Source: an uncultured archaeon
Lineage (GTDB): Archaea; Iainarchaeota; Iainarchaeia; Iainarchaeales; JAAZKV01
NCBI GenBank assembly: GCA_964538165.1
Contig: CAZIEL010000001.1
Coordinates: forward strand, 1 to 42,412
Length of the DNA: 42,412 nucleotides
Direction of reading: 5' to 3'
In this document: positions 35,341-42,412 of the stretch, in pieces
Numbering within the stretch: position 1 is the stretch's first letter
Layout of the letters: every line of letters starts with the position of its first letter
Position numbers and translations under genes: made by a program
Notes under the pieces: model-generated
Told to the model about the DNA's origin: nothing
Databases searched by the model: none
What the model saw: the letters and a program-made list of their open reading frames with translations, nothing else

Positions 35341-35498
35341 ATAACTTAATTACTAATTTGAACTATTTAAAGCTTCTGGGAAAGAAAGCTTTGCACTTTA
35401 AGTAAGGAAAAAACAGGACTAAAAAAGCAAGTAAAATACTAAACGTGCAGGTCATTTTCCATGGAAAGCTTTAATTATGCCTGGGCATTAATAGTTAC

Positions 35499-35723
35499 AT
35501 GGCTGTAAGGAGAGAGATAAAAAGACAAAGACGAAGCGCCATTCGTCGAGAACAACGCAGGATGGGAATAGAACCAGAATTAAAACCTATATTGCCTGCT
35601 AGAGGAGATGTTCTTACAGGCCCATTACGTTGGCCTGGTATTGAGGGAAGACTTGTAAGAAAAATTGATGAAGCATGGAGACTTAATGAACTTAAGAAAA
35701 GAAAACCAAAACTCCCAAAATGA
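35499..35723 (+). CDS. hypothetical arginine-rich small protein
   Basis: 74-aa ORF that is visibly more GC-rich than its surroundings. No family recognised. Confidence 0.35.
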   Translation: MAVRREIKRQRRSAIRREQRRMGIEPELKPILPARGDVLTGPLRWPGIEGRLVRKIDEAWRLNELKKRKPKLPK

Positions 35724-35751
35724 CTTTAGGTGCAACGCTGGGAAAGAAAAA

Positions 35752-35934
35752 TTAAACATAAAGCCCTTTTGGAGAAATACTATCTTTTGAAGAAAGATCC
35801 ACAATCTTTTCTTTATCCTCATCCTTCTTTTTTGAACCTAAATTAACTCTAGTTTTTGCTTTCTTAGTATTACGTTCATTTTCTGCTTTTCTCCTCGCTT
35901 TTCTTGCTTCATTAAAAGGATTCTTTTGTTCCAT
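35752..35934 (-). CDS. hypothetical lysine-rich small protein
   Basis: 60-aa ORF in tandem with 35945..36127. Supported only by ORF integrity and spacing. Confidence 0.25.
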   Translation of the reverse strand: MEQKNPFNEARKARRKAENERNTKKAKTRVNLGSKKKDEDKEKIVDLSSKDSISPKGLYV

Positions 35935-35944
35935 ACAACTTCAC

Positions 35945-36127
35945 CTACTTTAGAGCTCTAGAGATGTGTCTTGCTGATTCAAGCTCATCTTCTTTATTAG
36001 AAGTTAAATTAACCTTCAAATTATAAATTGCTTTCTTTAGCCTTTTCTTTAAAGGAAGCTTATTTCCATTACCTGCACTGCTTTCACCTTCAAAACCGAA
36101 TTTCGCCATTTTTAACCACCTAAACAA
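35945..36127 (-). CDS. hypothetical small protein
   Basis: 60-aa ORF with an alternative start at 36109 (MAKFGFEG). No family recognised. Confidence 0.25.
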   Translation of the reverse strand: MFRWLKMAKFGFEGESSAGNGNKLPLKKRLKKAIYNLKVNLTSNKEDELESARHISRALK

Positions 36128-36226
36128 CTTTTCTTAAGGGCAGTAAGATTTAAATGCCCTTTTGATGAATAAGTTTTTGTAAATAATGACCTTAAATGGT
36201 GATTAGTGGCACTAGATGCCAAAATA

Positions 36227-36243
36227 GCGCTAAAAATTAGCGC
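36227..36243. promoter_or_regulatory. perfect 17-nt palindrome GCGCTAA-AAA-TTAGCGC overlapping the likely TATA region of the DUF167 gene
   Basis: It ends 20 nt upstream of the ATG at 36264. The GC-rich arms stand out in an AT-rich spacer. A second hairpin, AAGGGCA-N12-TGCCCTT, lies at 36136-36161. Confidence 0.3.
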
Positions 36244-36263
36244 ATTAAAATGGTTTGTGTTTC

Positions 36264-36527
36264 ATGGAAACAATACTGAAAGCAAAAATTTTGACTGGAA
36301 AAAAAGAATTTAAAGTAGGTTTTGATAAAGACAATGATTTTTTAATTGTTCAAACTACTAAAAGACCAGAAAAAGGAAAAGCTAACACAGAAATTGTGAA
36401 AGAATTGAAAAGATTCTTTAAAAGTGATGTAATAATTGTTTCCGGACTTGCGAGCAAAGAAAAAAAGATTGCAGTTGATTTATCAAAAGAGCAAATATTA
36501 CGAATGCTCGAAAATAGCACAAACTAA
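36264..36527 (+). CDS. DUF167 (YggU/UPF0235) family protein
   Basis: KRPEKGKANTEIVKELKRFFKSDVIIVSGLASKEKKI matches the DUF167 consensus (P..GkAN..l...l...l......i..G..s..K). Confidence 0.7.
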   Translation: METILKAKILTGKKEFKVGFDKDNDFLIVQTTKRPEKGKANTEIVKELKRFFKSDVIIVSGLASKEKKIAVDLSKEQILRMLENSTN

Positions 36528-36621
36528 TTCTAAAAACCGTAAAAGGAAAATTTTGCAAATAAATTAATGACAGACTTTAAAAAAGTCTTATTTAATGCCA
36601 AAATTCAGGAGAAGTGAAATC

Positions 36622-38061
36622 ATGGCAAAGACATATTTGAGCGCAGTTAAATACGAAGTGCTCGCAAATTACGAAGTACAAGGAGTTGTAGAAAAACCAG
36701 ACATAGTGGGAGCAATCTTTGGTCAATGTGAAGGACTTTTAGGAGAAGACATGGATCTAAAAGAACTACAACAAGCAGGAAAAATTGGGAGAATAGAAAT
36801 TACTGTAACTAAAGGAAAAGGAACAACATTTGGAGAAGTAACAATCCCAAGTTCGCTTGATCAAATCAAAACAAGTATTCTAGCAGCAACAGTGGAAACA
36901 GTTGAAAAAGTTGGTCCATTTGAAGCAAAAGTTAAAGTAACAAAAATCCAAGACACAAGAAAAGAAAAAAGAGATGTAATTACTGACAGAGCAAAAGAAT
37001 TACTAAAACACTTACAACAAAACGAAGGAGTAGAAAGCTCTGAAATGGCTGACTCAATAAAATCAGATATTCGAACAGAAAAAATAATTGATCTCAATGG
37101 ATTACAAGCTGGACCAGAAGTAGCAACTTCACCAGAAATAATTGTTGTTGAAGGAAGAGCAGACGTACTAAAACTATTAAGTTATGGAATAAACAACGCA
37201 GTAGCAATGAATGGAGGAAACATTGATCCCCCACTAATTGGACTATGCAAAGAAAAACTAGTAACGGTTTTAATTGATGGAGACAGAGGAGGAGAATTAA
37301 ACGCTAAAAAGTTAGCTTCATTAACAAAAGTAGATTTTGTTTGTGTTGCACCTGATGGAAAAGAAGTTGAAGAATTAACTCAAAAAGAAATACTTCAAGC
37401 ACTAAAAAGAAAATTACCATTCGCAGAAGCATTTAATGGAAAAGAAAACTCACAAACTCCAGCGTTTGAAGCTAGACAAGAATTCCAACCAAGACCATTT
37501 GGACAAGGCGGATACAGAAACGATAGACCACAATACAACAATGGTTCACGCTATCCAAATAACAGACCACAATTTGGAAACAATAGACCGGATGGACGAA
37601 GAGACTTTGGCAACAGACCACAATTTGGACACAACAGGCCATTTGGACAAAGTGGATTTGGAGGAAGAGACCGCCCACAATTTGGAGGAAACTTTCAACG
37701 AAACGAGTTCAGACCAAGATTTGAGGGAAGAAGAGACTTCGCCCCACAAGGACAAGCGTTTGTTCCAAAAGAAGAACCCGTACCACAAGAAGTACTTGAT
37801 CTAAAAAAAGAATTTGACAAACTAAAAGGCAAGTCAAAAGCAAGATTAATTGATGAAAAGAAAAAGAAAATCAAGGATGTTGAAGTAAAAGACCTCCTTG
37901 AATCAATACAAAAACAAAAGAAAAAGATAGCAACCATAATGTTTGATGGAATAATTACAAACAGACTTGTGGAAGCTGCCGAAAGCAAAGGTGTTGCAAC
38001 AATAGTAGGAGTAAAAAAAGGAAACATTACTTCAACTAAAGTTAAGACATTCACATTATAA
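36622..38061 (+). CDS. dnaG: archaeal DnaG primase-like Toprim protein (exosome-associated DnaG)
   Basis: Archaeal DnaG N-terminus KYEVLANYEVQGVVEKPDIVGAIFGQCEGLLG, Toprim core IIVVEGRADVLKLLSYGINNAVAMNG...DGDRGGE and conserved C-terminal MFDGIITNRLVEAAESKGVATIVGV. The ATG at 36622 is preceded by AGGAGAAGTGA, and the ORF opens at 36595. Confidence 0.9.
   Translation: MAKTYLSAVKYEVLANYEVQGVVEKPDIVGAIFGQCEGLLGEDMDLKELQQAGKIGRIEITVTKGKGTTFGEVTIPSSLDQIKTSILAATVETVEKVGPFEAKVKVTKIQDTRKEKRDVITDRAKELLKHLQQNEGVESSEMADSIKSDIRTEKIIDLNGLQAGPEVATSPEIIVVEGRADVLKLLSYGINNAVAMNGGNIDPPLIGLCKEKLVTVLIDGDRGGELNAKKLASLTKVDFVCVAPDGKEVEELTQKEILQALKRKLPFAEAFNGKENSQTPAFEARQEFQPRPFGQGGYRNDRPQYNNGSRYPNNRPQFGNNRPDGRRDFGNRPQFGHNRPFGQSGFGGRDRPQFGGNFQRNEFRPRFEGRRDFAPQGQAFVPKEEPVPQEVLDLKKEFDKLKGKSKARLIDEKKKKIKDVEVKDLLESIQKQKKKIATIMFDGIITNRLVEAAESKGVATIVGVKKGNITSTKVKTFTL
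37465..37765 (+). repeat. degenerate in-frame repeats encoding an R/G/Q/F/P/N-rich (RPQFG-type) low-complexity linker inside dnaG
   Basis: AGACCACAATTTGGA-type units recur (about 37564, 37615 and 37669). They encode NRPQFGNNRPDGRRDFGNRPQFGHNRPFGQSGFGGRDRPQFGG. Confidence 0.8.
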
Positions 38062-38073
38062 GACTAAAAAATT

Positions 38074-38117
38074 AGAAGAGTGAAGGAAATTCCTTCACTT
38101 CTTTTTTTTAAAAAAAA
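38074..38117. terminator. bidirectional hairpin plus T8/A8 tract between convergent dnaG and a membrane protein gene
   Basis: AGAAGAGTGAAGGAA-A-TTCCTTCACTTCT forms a roughly 14-bp stem with one bulge. It is followed by TTTTTTTT AAAAAAAA, giving an oligo-U tail in both orientations. Confidence 0.5.
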
Positions 38118-38738
38118 TTATTTTCTTTTATGAAATGGCCTAGCAGCTGTTTCAACTTCTTCAAATGGAATAACCACTGTCTTGTTAAACAACAAGAACA
38201 AAGAGAACATGAACAAAACAGCCCAAATAAAGAACCAAGCGATTGGCTCAACAAGTGCAGTAGCAGCTTGTCTTGAAGTCATGTTAGTTTGAAGAGAAGG
38301 TATCTGTGCACCTGTTATTTCGTACAAAGAATCCTTACAATCCTGGAACTTCAATTCAGCCAATAATTGTTCTGAACTAGTTAAATTAGCCAAGTCCTTT
38401 ATCCCAGAGTACTCAACACACTTACTATAATCTCTTACACTTTGCCAAGAATCAAACATTACTGCTGCAGATTTAACTAGCATCAATACTGTAATTATTG
38501 CCAAAAAGATTCCTAGTACTTGAGTCCACTGAAAATCTTTAGTGCCAAGTCTCAATAATATCGTTTTATGCAAAAAGCACCACCTTGCACTAAATAAGTC
38601 AAAAACCACTATATAAGCTTTCTTGCCCAAAAAATAAAAGAAAAAAACACTAAAGTTTAAATAGTTCTCACTCCTAATCATCAATATGGTTACAAAAAAT
38701 ACTAAAACAAGCGATGAAAGAACAATGATGATAATCAC
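38118..38738 (-). CDS. hypothetical membrane protein
   Basis: About 4 TM helices. The start is uncertain (38738 or Met at 38681), and the longer form overlaps the divergent DUF4870 gene start. Confidence 0.4.
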   Translation of the reverse strand: MIIIIVLSSLVLVFFVTILMIRSENYLNFSVFFFYFLGKKAYIVVFDLFSARWCFLHKTILLRLGTKDFQWTQVLGIFLAIITVLMLVKSAAVMFDSWQSVRDYSKCVEYSGIKDLANLTSSEQLLAELKFQDCKDSLYEITGAQIPSLQTNMTSRQAATALVEPIAWFFIWAVLFMFSLFLLFNKTVVIPFEEVETAARPFHKRK

Positions 38739-39093
38739 TCACATACTAGGACTATTCTTAGGCTTTATTGGACCACTAATAATATTACTTGTAGCTAAAG
38801 ACACTGAAACAAAAAACCACGCAAGAAAAGCTCTAAATTGGCAAATAACAATGGCAATAATAGGAATAATTCTTTTTGGGGTTTTCTTTACAATTGGAAT
38901 GGGCTCAATGCTTCTAACAATGGTTAACCCCTTATTCATGATAGTTTATTTTGTGTGCTTTTTCTTACTGTGGATTCCAATTATGGGACTTGGAATTGCA
39001 AACTTGGTATTTTGTATCATGGCTGCAATAAAAGCAAAAGATGGAATCCTTTGGACTTACCCATTCTCTATTCCTTTATTAAAAACTGAATAA
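38686..39093 (+). CDS. DUF4870-family membrane protein
   Basis: HILGLFLGFIGPLIILLVAKDTETKNHARKALNWQITMAI matches the DUF4870 pattern (H...l....gPLI.wl..kd......h.keALNfQi). A TATA-like AAAGTTTAAATAG lies about 25 nt upstream of the ATG. Confidence 0.6.
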   Translation: MVTKNTKTSDERTMMIITHILGLFLGFIGPLIILLVAKDTETKNHARKALNWQITMAIIGIILFGVFFTIGMGSMLLTMVNPLFMIVYFVCFFLLWIPIMGLGIANLVFCIMAAIKAKDGILWTYPFSIPLLKTE

Positions 39094-39154
39094 AACCCCA
39101 AAAAAAGCCAAAAGTCAAGGTTTAAAAAAACACTGCGAAACTCTTTCTTTAACA

Positions 39155-39169
39155 AGCTGCAAAGCAGCT
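39155..39169. promoter_or_regulatory. perfect palindrome AGCTGC-AAA-GCAGCT upstream of tRNA-Val
   Basis: It ends 26 nt before the tRNA-Val 5' end and shares the core TGCAAAGCA with the palindrome upstream of tRNA-Gly. Confidence 0.3.
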
Positions 39170-39195
39170 AGTAATAAAGAAGACAAATAAATGGT

Positions 39196-39268
39196 GGGCC
39201 GGTGGTCTAGCGGTTATGACATCACCCTTACAAGGTGAGAGTCGCCGGTTCGAATCCGGTTCGGCCCA
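39196..39268 (+). tRNA. tRNA-Val (anticodon UAC)
   Basis: Cloverleaf with acceptor GGGCCGG/UCGGCCC, anticodon arm UCACC-CUUACAA-GGUGA and T arm GCCGG-UUCGAAU-CCGGU. Followed by a T-run. No encoded CCA. Confidence 0.9.
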
Positions 39269-39321
39269 TTTCTTTTTTTTATCTAAAAAACCTTATTAAG
39301 CAGAAAACAAATAAATAATGC

Positions 39322-41091
39322 ATGAAAAAAATAATTCTAATACTACTCCTGCTCTTAATTACAACAATTACTTTCTCTGAAGAAGCAATGTACCCCACAA
39401 CCATTGGACAAATGAATGCAGAAGCAAAACTATTTGGACACGGAGAAATTAGCGGATTAAAAAATGGAGAAGAAGTTAAGTTTCAAACGCTAACCTTTCA
39501 AGAAACGGATTACCAAAAACTAAATCAAATAAAAGAAGAGCTTCAAATAAACGGGACAATAATTTATCCAAAATATATTCTTGATGAATTTGGAAACAAA
39601 TATGCTGTATTTAGCATAAAAGAAAATGGGGATTTCAATTACACAATAACTGCAGATCTAACCATTACTTCGTTAATATTTGAGCTAACCGATTACAATA
39701 TTGGAAATTCCCCCGAAGAAGTAAAAAACTTTTTAGAACCAACCGAAAAAATTGAGAGTAGTTCAACACAAATTGCAGTAGTTGAAAAAAACAAACTTAC
39801 AACCCAAAGTTTCTTAGACTCATTAAACAGCACAATAGCTTGGACAAATGATTACGTAGAATATGCCCAAGGAACAGATTTCCAAAAATATTATTTGTTA
39901 CAAAAATCCGCACTTGAAACACTACTAACTAGAAAAGGAGTTTGTGATGAATTTGCAAATCTTGGTGCCGCACTATTGCGCTCAAAAAAAATTCCAACAA
40001 GACTTGCAATAGGAATTACCTTTGATGGAAAAGAGTGGGGAAACCACGCGTGGATAGAAATATACCACAACAAATTTGGGTGGCTACCAAGCGACCCAAC
40101 GTTTAGAGAAAGTGGATTTGTTGATGCAACTCACATAAAAATGGGTTCATTTAGCGACGTGACTCTATCACTAGCAAAATCTTCTTTTCCAAGTACAGCA
40201 AATGTAACCTTTGACACACAAGGAACTCTCCCGGAAGTAAAAGTAAAAAACAGCCAATACTTTAATGACATAGAAATACAAACAACTGCAAGTGAACTAA
40301 AAACACAACAATGGAACAATGTTACCTTAAAACTAAAAAATAAAACAAAAGGGACTATAGTTACTCCAATTAAAGTGGCTGGCCCCAGCACAAATTACCT
40401 TGGAGTAGTTGCGTGCGTAAAAGACAAAGAAGAATGCTTAATTGTTGATGAAAGCAAACAATCAGTAATTTTAGGACCTGAAGAAACAAAAGAAATCACT
40501 TTCAAATTTTTCCCAAACATAAACTTGGACAATGAACACAAGATTGAAACAAAAATATCTTTCTTTTCGCTTGCAGAACCTTATTCAAAAGATATTACAA
40601 TAATTAAAGGCAGTCCAAACAATAATTCAGAACTTAGAATAAAAGATGTAACCCAATTAGTAGACATTGGAAAAGTAACACTGCAAATAACTGCTTTAAA
40701 TCTTTTTACAGAAGACAAATTAATTGACATAAATATTAACACCGAAAACCAACTAATAAACTATCAAGAAATAATTCCTGCACTCAGCACAAAAATTATA
40801 AATAAAGAAATAATGCAAGAAGATGAAAATTGGACATACCACTTGACAATATCAACCCCCAGTGCGATTTACTCTCAAATAATAGTTGGGCCGGACAAAA
40901 CAAGCGGATCCATAATAGTTAGGCCAATTGAAATTAAACCTACAGTAGTAGAACAAAAGGTACAAACAAACCAAGAAAAAAGCATGTTCACAACACTACT
41001 AGAAAACCCAATAGTGCTAGTAATCGCACTCCTCTCAGGAATAGCCATAATGCTATTTGGACTATTCATGGTAAACAAACACTACTTATAA
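39322..41091 (+). CDS. secreted, membrane-anchored transglutaminase-like cysteine protease-fold protein
   Basis: Signal peptide, a transglutaminase core triad in context (GVCDEFANLGAALLRS ... GNHAWIEIY ... WLPSDPT), beta-rich C-terminal domains and a C-terminal TM helix. Confidence 0.75.
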   Translation: MKKIILILLLLLITTITFSEEAMYPTTIGQMNAEAKLFGHGEISGLKNGEEVKFQTLTFQETDYQKLNQIKEELQINGTIIYPKYILDEFGNKYAVFSIKENGDFNYTITADLTITSLIFELTDYNIGNSPEEVKNFLEPTEKIESSSTQIAVVEKNKLTTQSFLDSLNSTIAWTNDYVEYAQGTDFQKYYLLQKSALETLLTRKGVCDEFANLGAALLRSKKIPTRLAIGITFDGKEWGNHAWIEIYHNKFGWLPSDPTFRESGFVDATHIKMGSFSDVTLSLAKSSFPSTANVTFDTQGTLPEVKVKNSQYFNDIEIQTTASELKTQQWNNVTLKLKNKTKGTIVTPIKVAGPSTNYLGVVACVKDKEECLIVDESKQSVILGPEETKEITFKFFPNINLDNEHKIETKISFFSLAEPYSKDITIIKGSPNNNSELRIKDVTQLVDIGKVTLQITALNLFTEDKLIDININTENQLINYQEIIPALSTKIINKEIMQEDENWTYHLTISTPSAIYSQIIVGPDKTSGSIIVRPIEIKPTVVEQKVQTNQEKSMFTTLLENPIVLVIALLSGIAIMLFGLFMVNKHYL

Positions 41092-41159
41092 ATAATAATT
41101 TTCCAAATAAGAGAGATTTTTAAACAATACTAAATCCAAAATAATTAAACAACAAAAGA

Positions 41160-41172
41160 AGTGCAAAGCACT
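41160..41172. promoter_or_regulatory. perfect palindrome AGTGC-AAA-GCACT upstream of tRNA-Gly
   Basis: It ends 13 nt before the tRNA-Gly 5' end and is followed by CTCTTTAACA, a string also present next to the tRNA-Val palindrome. Confidence 0.3.
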
Positions 41173-41185
41173 CTTTAACACAAAA

Positions 41186-41342
41186 GCGATCGTTGTCTAG
41201 TGGTTATGATTCGTCCTTGCCAGAACCTTATTAAGGTTCACGAAAGAATTTGCCCTTTGCTTCAAAAAGAGCAGAAAACTTAGTGTGCTTAAAACAAAGC
41301 AGCAGATAGGACGGGGCCCGGGTTCAATTCCCGGCGGTCGCA
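41186..41342 (+). tRNA. tRNA-Gly (anticodon GCC) with an 85-nt intron (41223-41307) at position 37/38
   Basis: Acceptor GCGAUCG/CGGUCGC, D arm GUCU-AGUGGUUAU-GAU, anticodon stem CGUCC/GGACG with loop UU-GCC-A[intron]A, and T arm CCGGG-UUCAAUU-CCCGG. The exons sum to 72 nt. Confidence 0.8.
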
Positions 41343-41498
41343 CTCAATTTTTATTCTTTATTTTACTAGACATGCTTATGGAAAAAAAGTAATTATTTCC
41401 CAAACAACCTCAAACCAAACAAGGTTACCTAAAAAATAGGATAAAAACCAAATGAGAATCTTGCGAGAAGTAAGGTTTAAGTGAATAAGAAAATTATT

Positions 41499-42389
41499 TT
41501 ATCTTCTCTTTTTGTTATGGTTTTGTTTCTTTGCTAATTTTCTTGCAGGAGTTTTCTTCTTTGCAAACTTTCTTACAGGAGTAAGAACCTTATGAGCAAG
41601 TATTCTCTTAATTGAAGTTGAAGTTTCTCTATGGAAATTAAGTTGAGAATAAACCTCAGTAACGGCATAATGGTAAGCAATTATTGCAGGGGCTAAAGCA
41701 AACAAAGTTGCTGCTCTAAAACCAAGACTAACTGCAACTGGATTAATAAAAAAGAAGCCAAGAATAAGACTAGTTATTGTTCCAAGAACAAGCACTGCAA
41801 AAGAAAACAAAACAAACACCAAAATTAATACTAACAAAATTGAAGTTATTGCTTCGGGAAATTTATTGTGAGTCATTGCCCAAGAATCTTCAACAGCTTT
41901 TTTTACTCCCACAGTTTTATTACAAAAAAGAGTGGTGGTGAAAAATAATCTTACTGAATTATAAATTACAAGAACAAAATAAGCTGTAGTGCAAAGAGCA
42001 AAAAGATTCATCACAAAATTGGTTGAAACCAAAGTGTAATAATAATACAATAGCCCGGTTGAAATTAAAAGTAAAACTTGAATATATCTAAAAGAAGCAT
42101 GCAAATTCCAAACAAAAATATAATACATTTCAGTAAAAACAAGTAAAACGATATCAATTAGCTTTGTTGGATGAAAATCAGGGGCTTTAATATTTCTTTC
42201 AGAAAGACAATATTGAGTCAGCGCAATAAAACCAACTATTAAAGCTAAGTACAAAACATCATATAAGAAAAAAACTATCGGCAATAACTCGGGAGTAAAC
42301 AAATTATATTCTTGAATCGCTTGAGGCAAAAGCAAAATCACTGGGAGTGAAATCCAAAAGAAAACCAAAAACCAAACCACTTTATTCAA
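41499..42389 (-). CDS. hypothetical polytopic membrane protein with a basic repeat tail
   Basis: About 8 TM helices. The C-terminus is TPVRKFAKKK-TPARKLAKKQ-NHNKKRR, encoded by two tandem ~30-nt units. Confidence 0.4.
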   Translation of the reverse strand: MNKVVWFLVFFWISLPVILLLPQAIQEYNLFTPELLPIVFFLYDVLYLALIVGFIALTQYCLSERNIKAPDFHPTKLIDIVLLVFTEMYYIFVWNLHASFRYIQVLLLISTGLLYYYYTLVSTNFVMNLFALCTTAYFVLVIYNSVRLFFTTTLFCNKTVGVKKAVEDSWAMTHNKFPEAITSILLVLILVFVLFSFAVLVLGTITSLILGFFFINPVAVSLGFRAATLFALAPAIIAYHYAVTEVYSQLNFHRETSTSIKRILAHKVLTPVRKFAKKKTPARKLAKKQNHNKKRR

Positions 42390-42412
42390 TGAAATCCACG
42401 AATAAGCCGAAG

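Noticed and set aside
37436-37804. Alternative-frame ORFs (122 aa on the plus strand; 80 and 68 aa on the minus strand) over the dnaG repeat region.
   Set aside because: They are by-products of the low-complexity repeat tract. The DnaG frame is continuous with conserved domains on both sides.
38686-38738. 53-nt overlap of the divergent starts of the DUF4870 gene and the minus-strand membrane protein, considered as a possible regulatory antisense arrangement.
   Set aside because: The minus-strand gene has an alternative Met at 38681 that removes the overlap. This is start-codon ambiguity rather than a demonstrable feature.
41223-41307. C/D box sRNA hidden in the long tRNA-Gly intron.
   Set aside because: No RUGAUGA (C box) or CUGA (D box) motif occurs in the 85-nt intron.

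Overview
This is a visibly AT-rich, tightly packed archaeal chromosome segment. Gene overlaps of the ATGA/TAATG type are common, GGTGA-like ribosome-binding sites and TATA-like promoter boxes recur, and two of the three tRNAs carry introns. The overall look is that of a small-genome, DPANN-type archaeon, which is an inference from gene content and composition only.

About 60 genes are supportable:
- Positions 54-5747 hold a type IV pilus-like locus with an A24 prepilin peptidase, seven class III signal peptide prepilin-like genes, and embedded JAB/MPN, DUF112/TctA-like and membrane-anchored genes.
- Ribosome rescue and translation genes include ABCE1, Pelota, aEF-1beta with its Zn-ribbon partner, S17e, Pth2 and a circularly permuted GTPase.
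- tRNA maturation genes are Elp3, Taw3, a 2H/LigT phosphoesterase and the CCA-adding enzyme.
- A stand-alone FlaI/PilB-type ATPase is present.
- DNA repair and replication genes are Rad50, HerA, NurA, Hjc, an Hjc-related membrane nuclease and DnaG.
- An ArsR-NifS-Maf-IscU cluster is present.
- The tRNAs are tRNA-Arg(UCG, 17-nt intron), tRNA-Val(UAC) and tRNA-Gly(GCC, 85-nt intron).

The most interesting region is the minus-strand block 22417-29096. There, nurA is translationally coupled to a Tiki/TraB/ChaN-like gene, a HAD-fold gene and a small basic ORF. herA follows, and then a 535-aa truncated family-B DNA polymerase-like protein whose motif C aspartates are replaced (DTD->NKQ). nurA, herA and the PolB-like gene each carry the same GC-rich element (GGCAA-N-TTGCC / TTGCCGGTGAT) just upstream of their TATA boxes. 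No mre11 is present in the window, and rad50 sits apart on the other strand.

Other anomalies:
- A perfect 626-bp tandem duplication frameshifts the gene downstream of nurA.
- cysE is broken by a +1 frameshift in an A9 run.
- DnaG contains an RPQFG-repeat low-complexity insertion.
- Short GC-armed palindromes lie upstream of all three tRNA genes.

No CRISPR array, rRNA or recognisable mobile element was seen.
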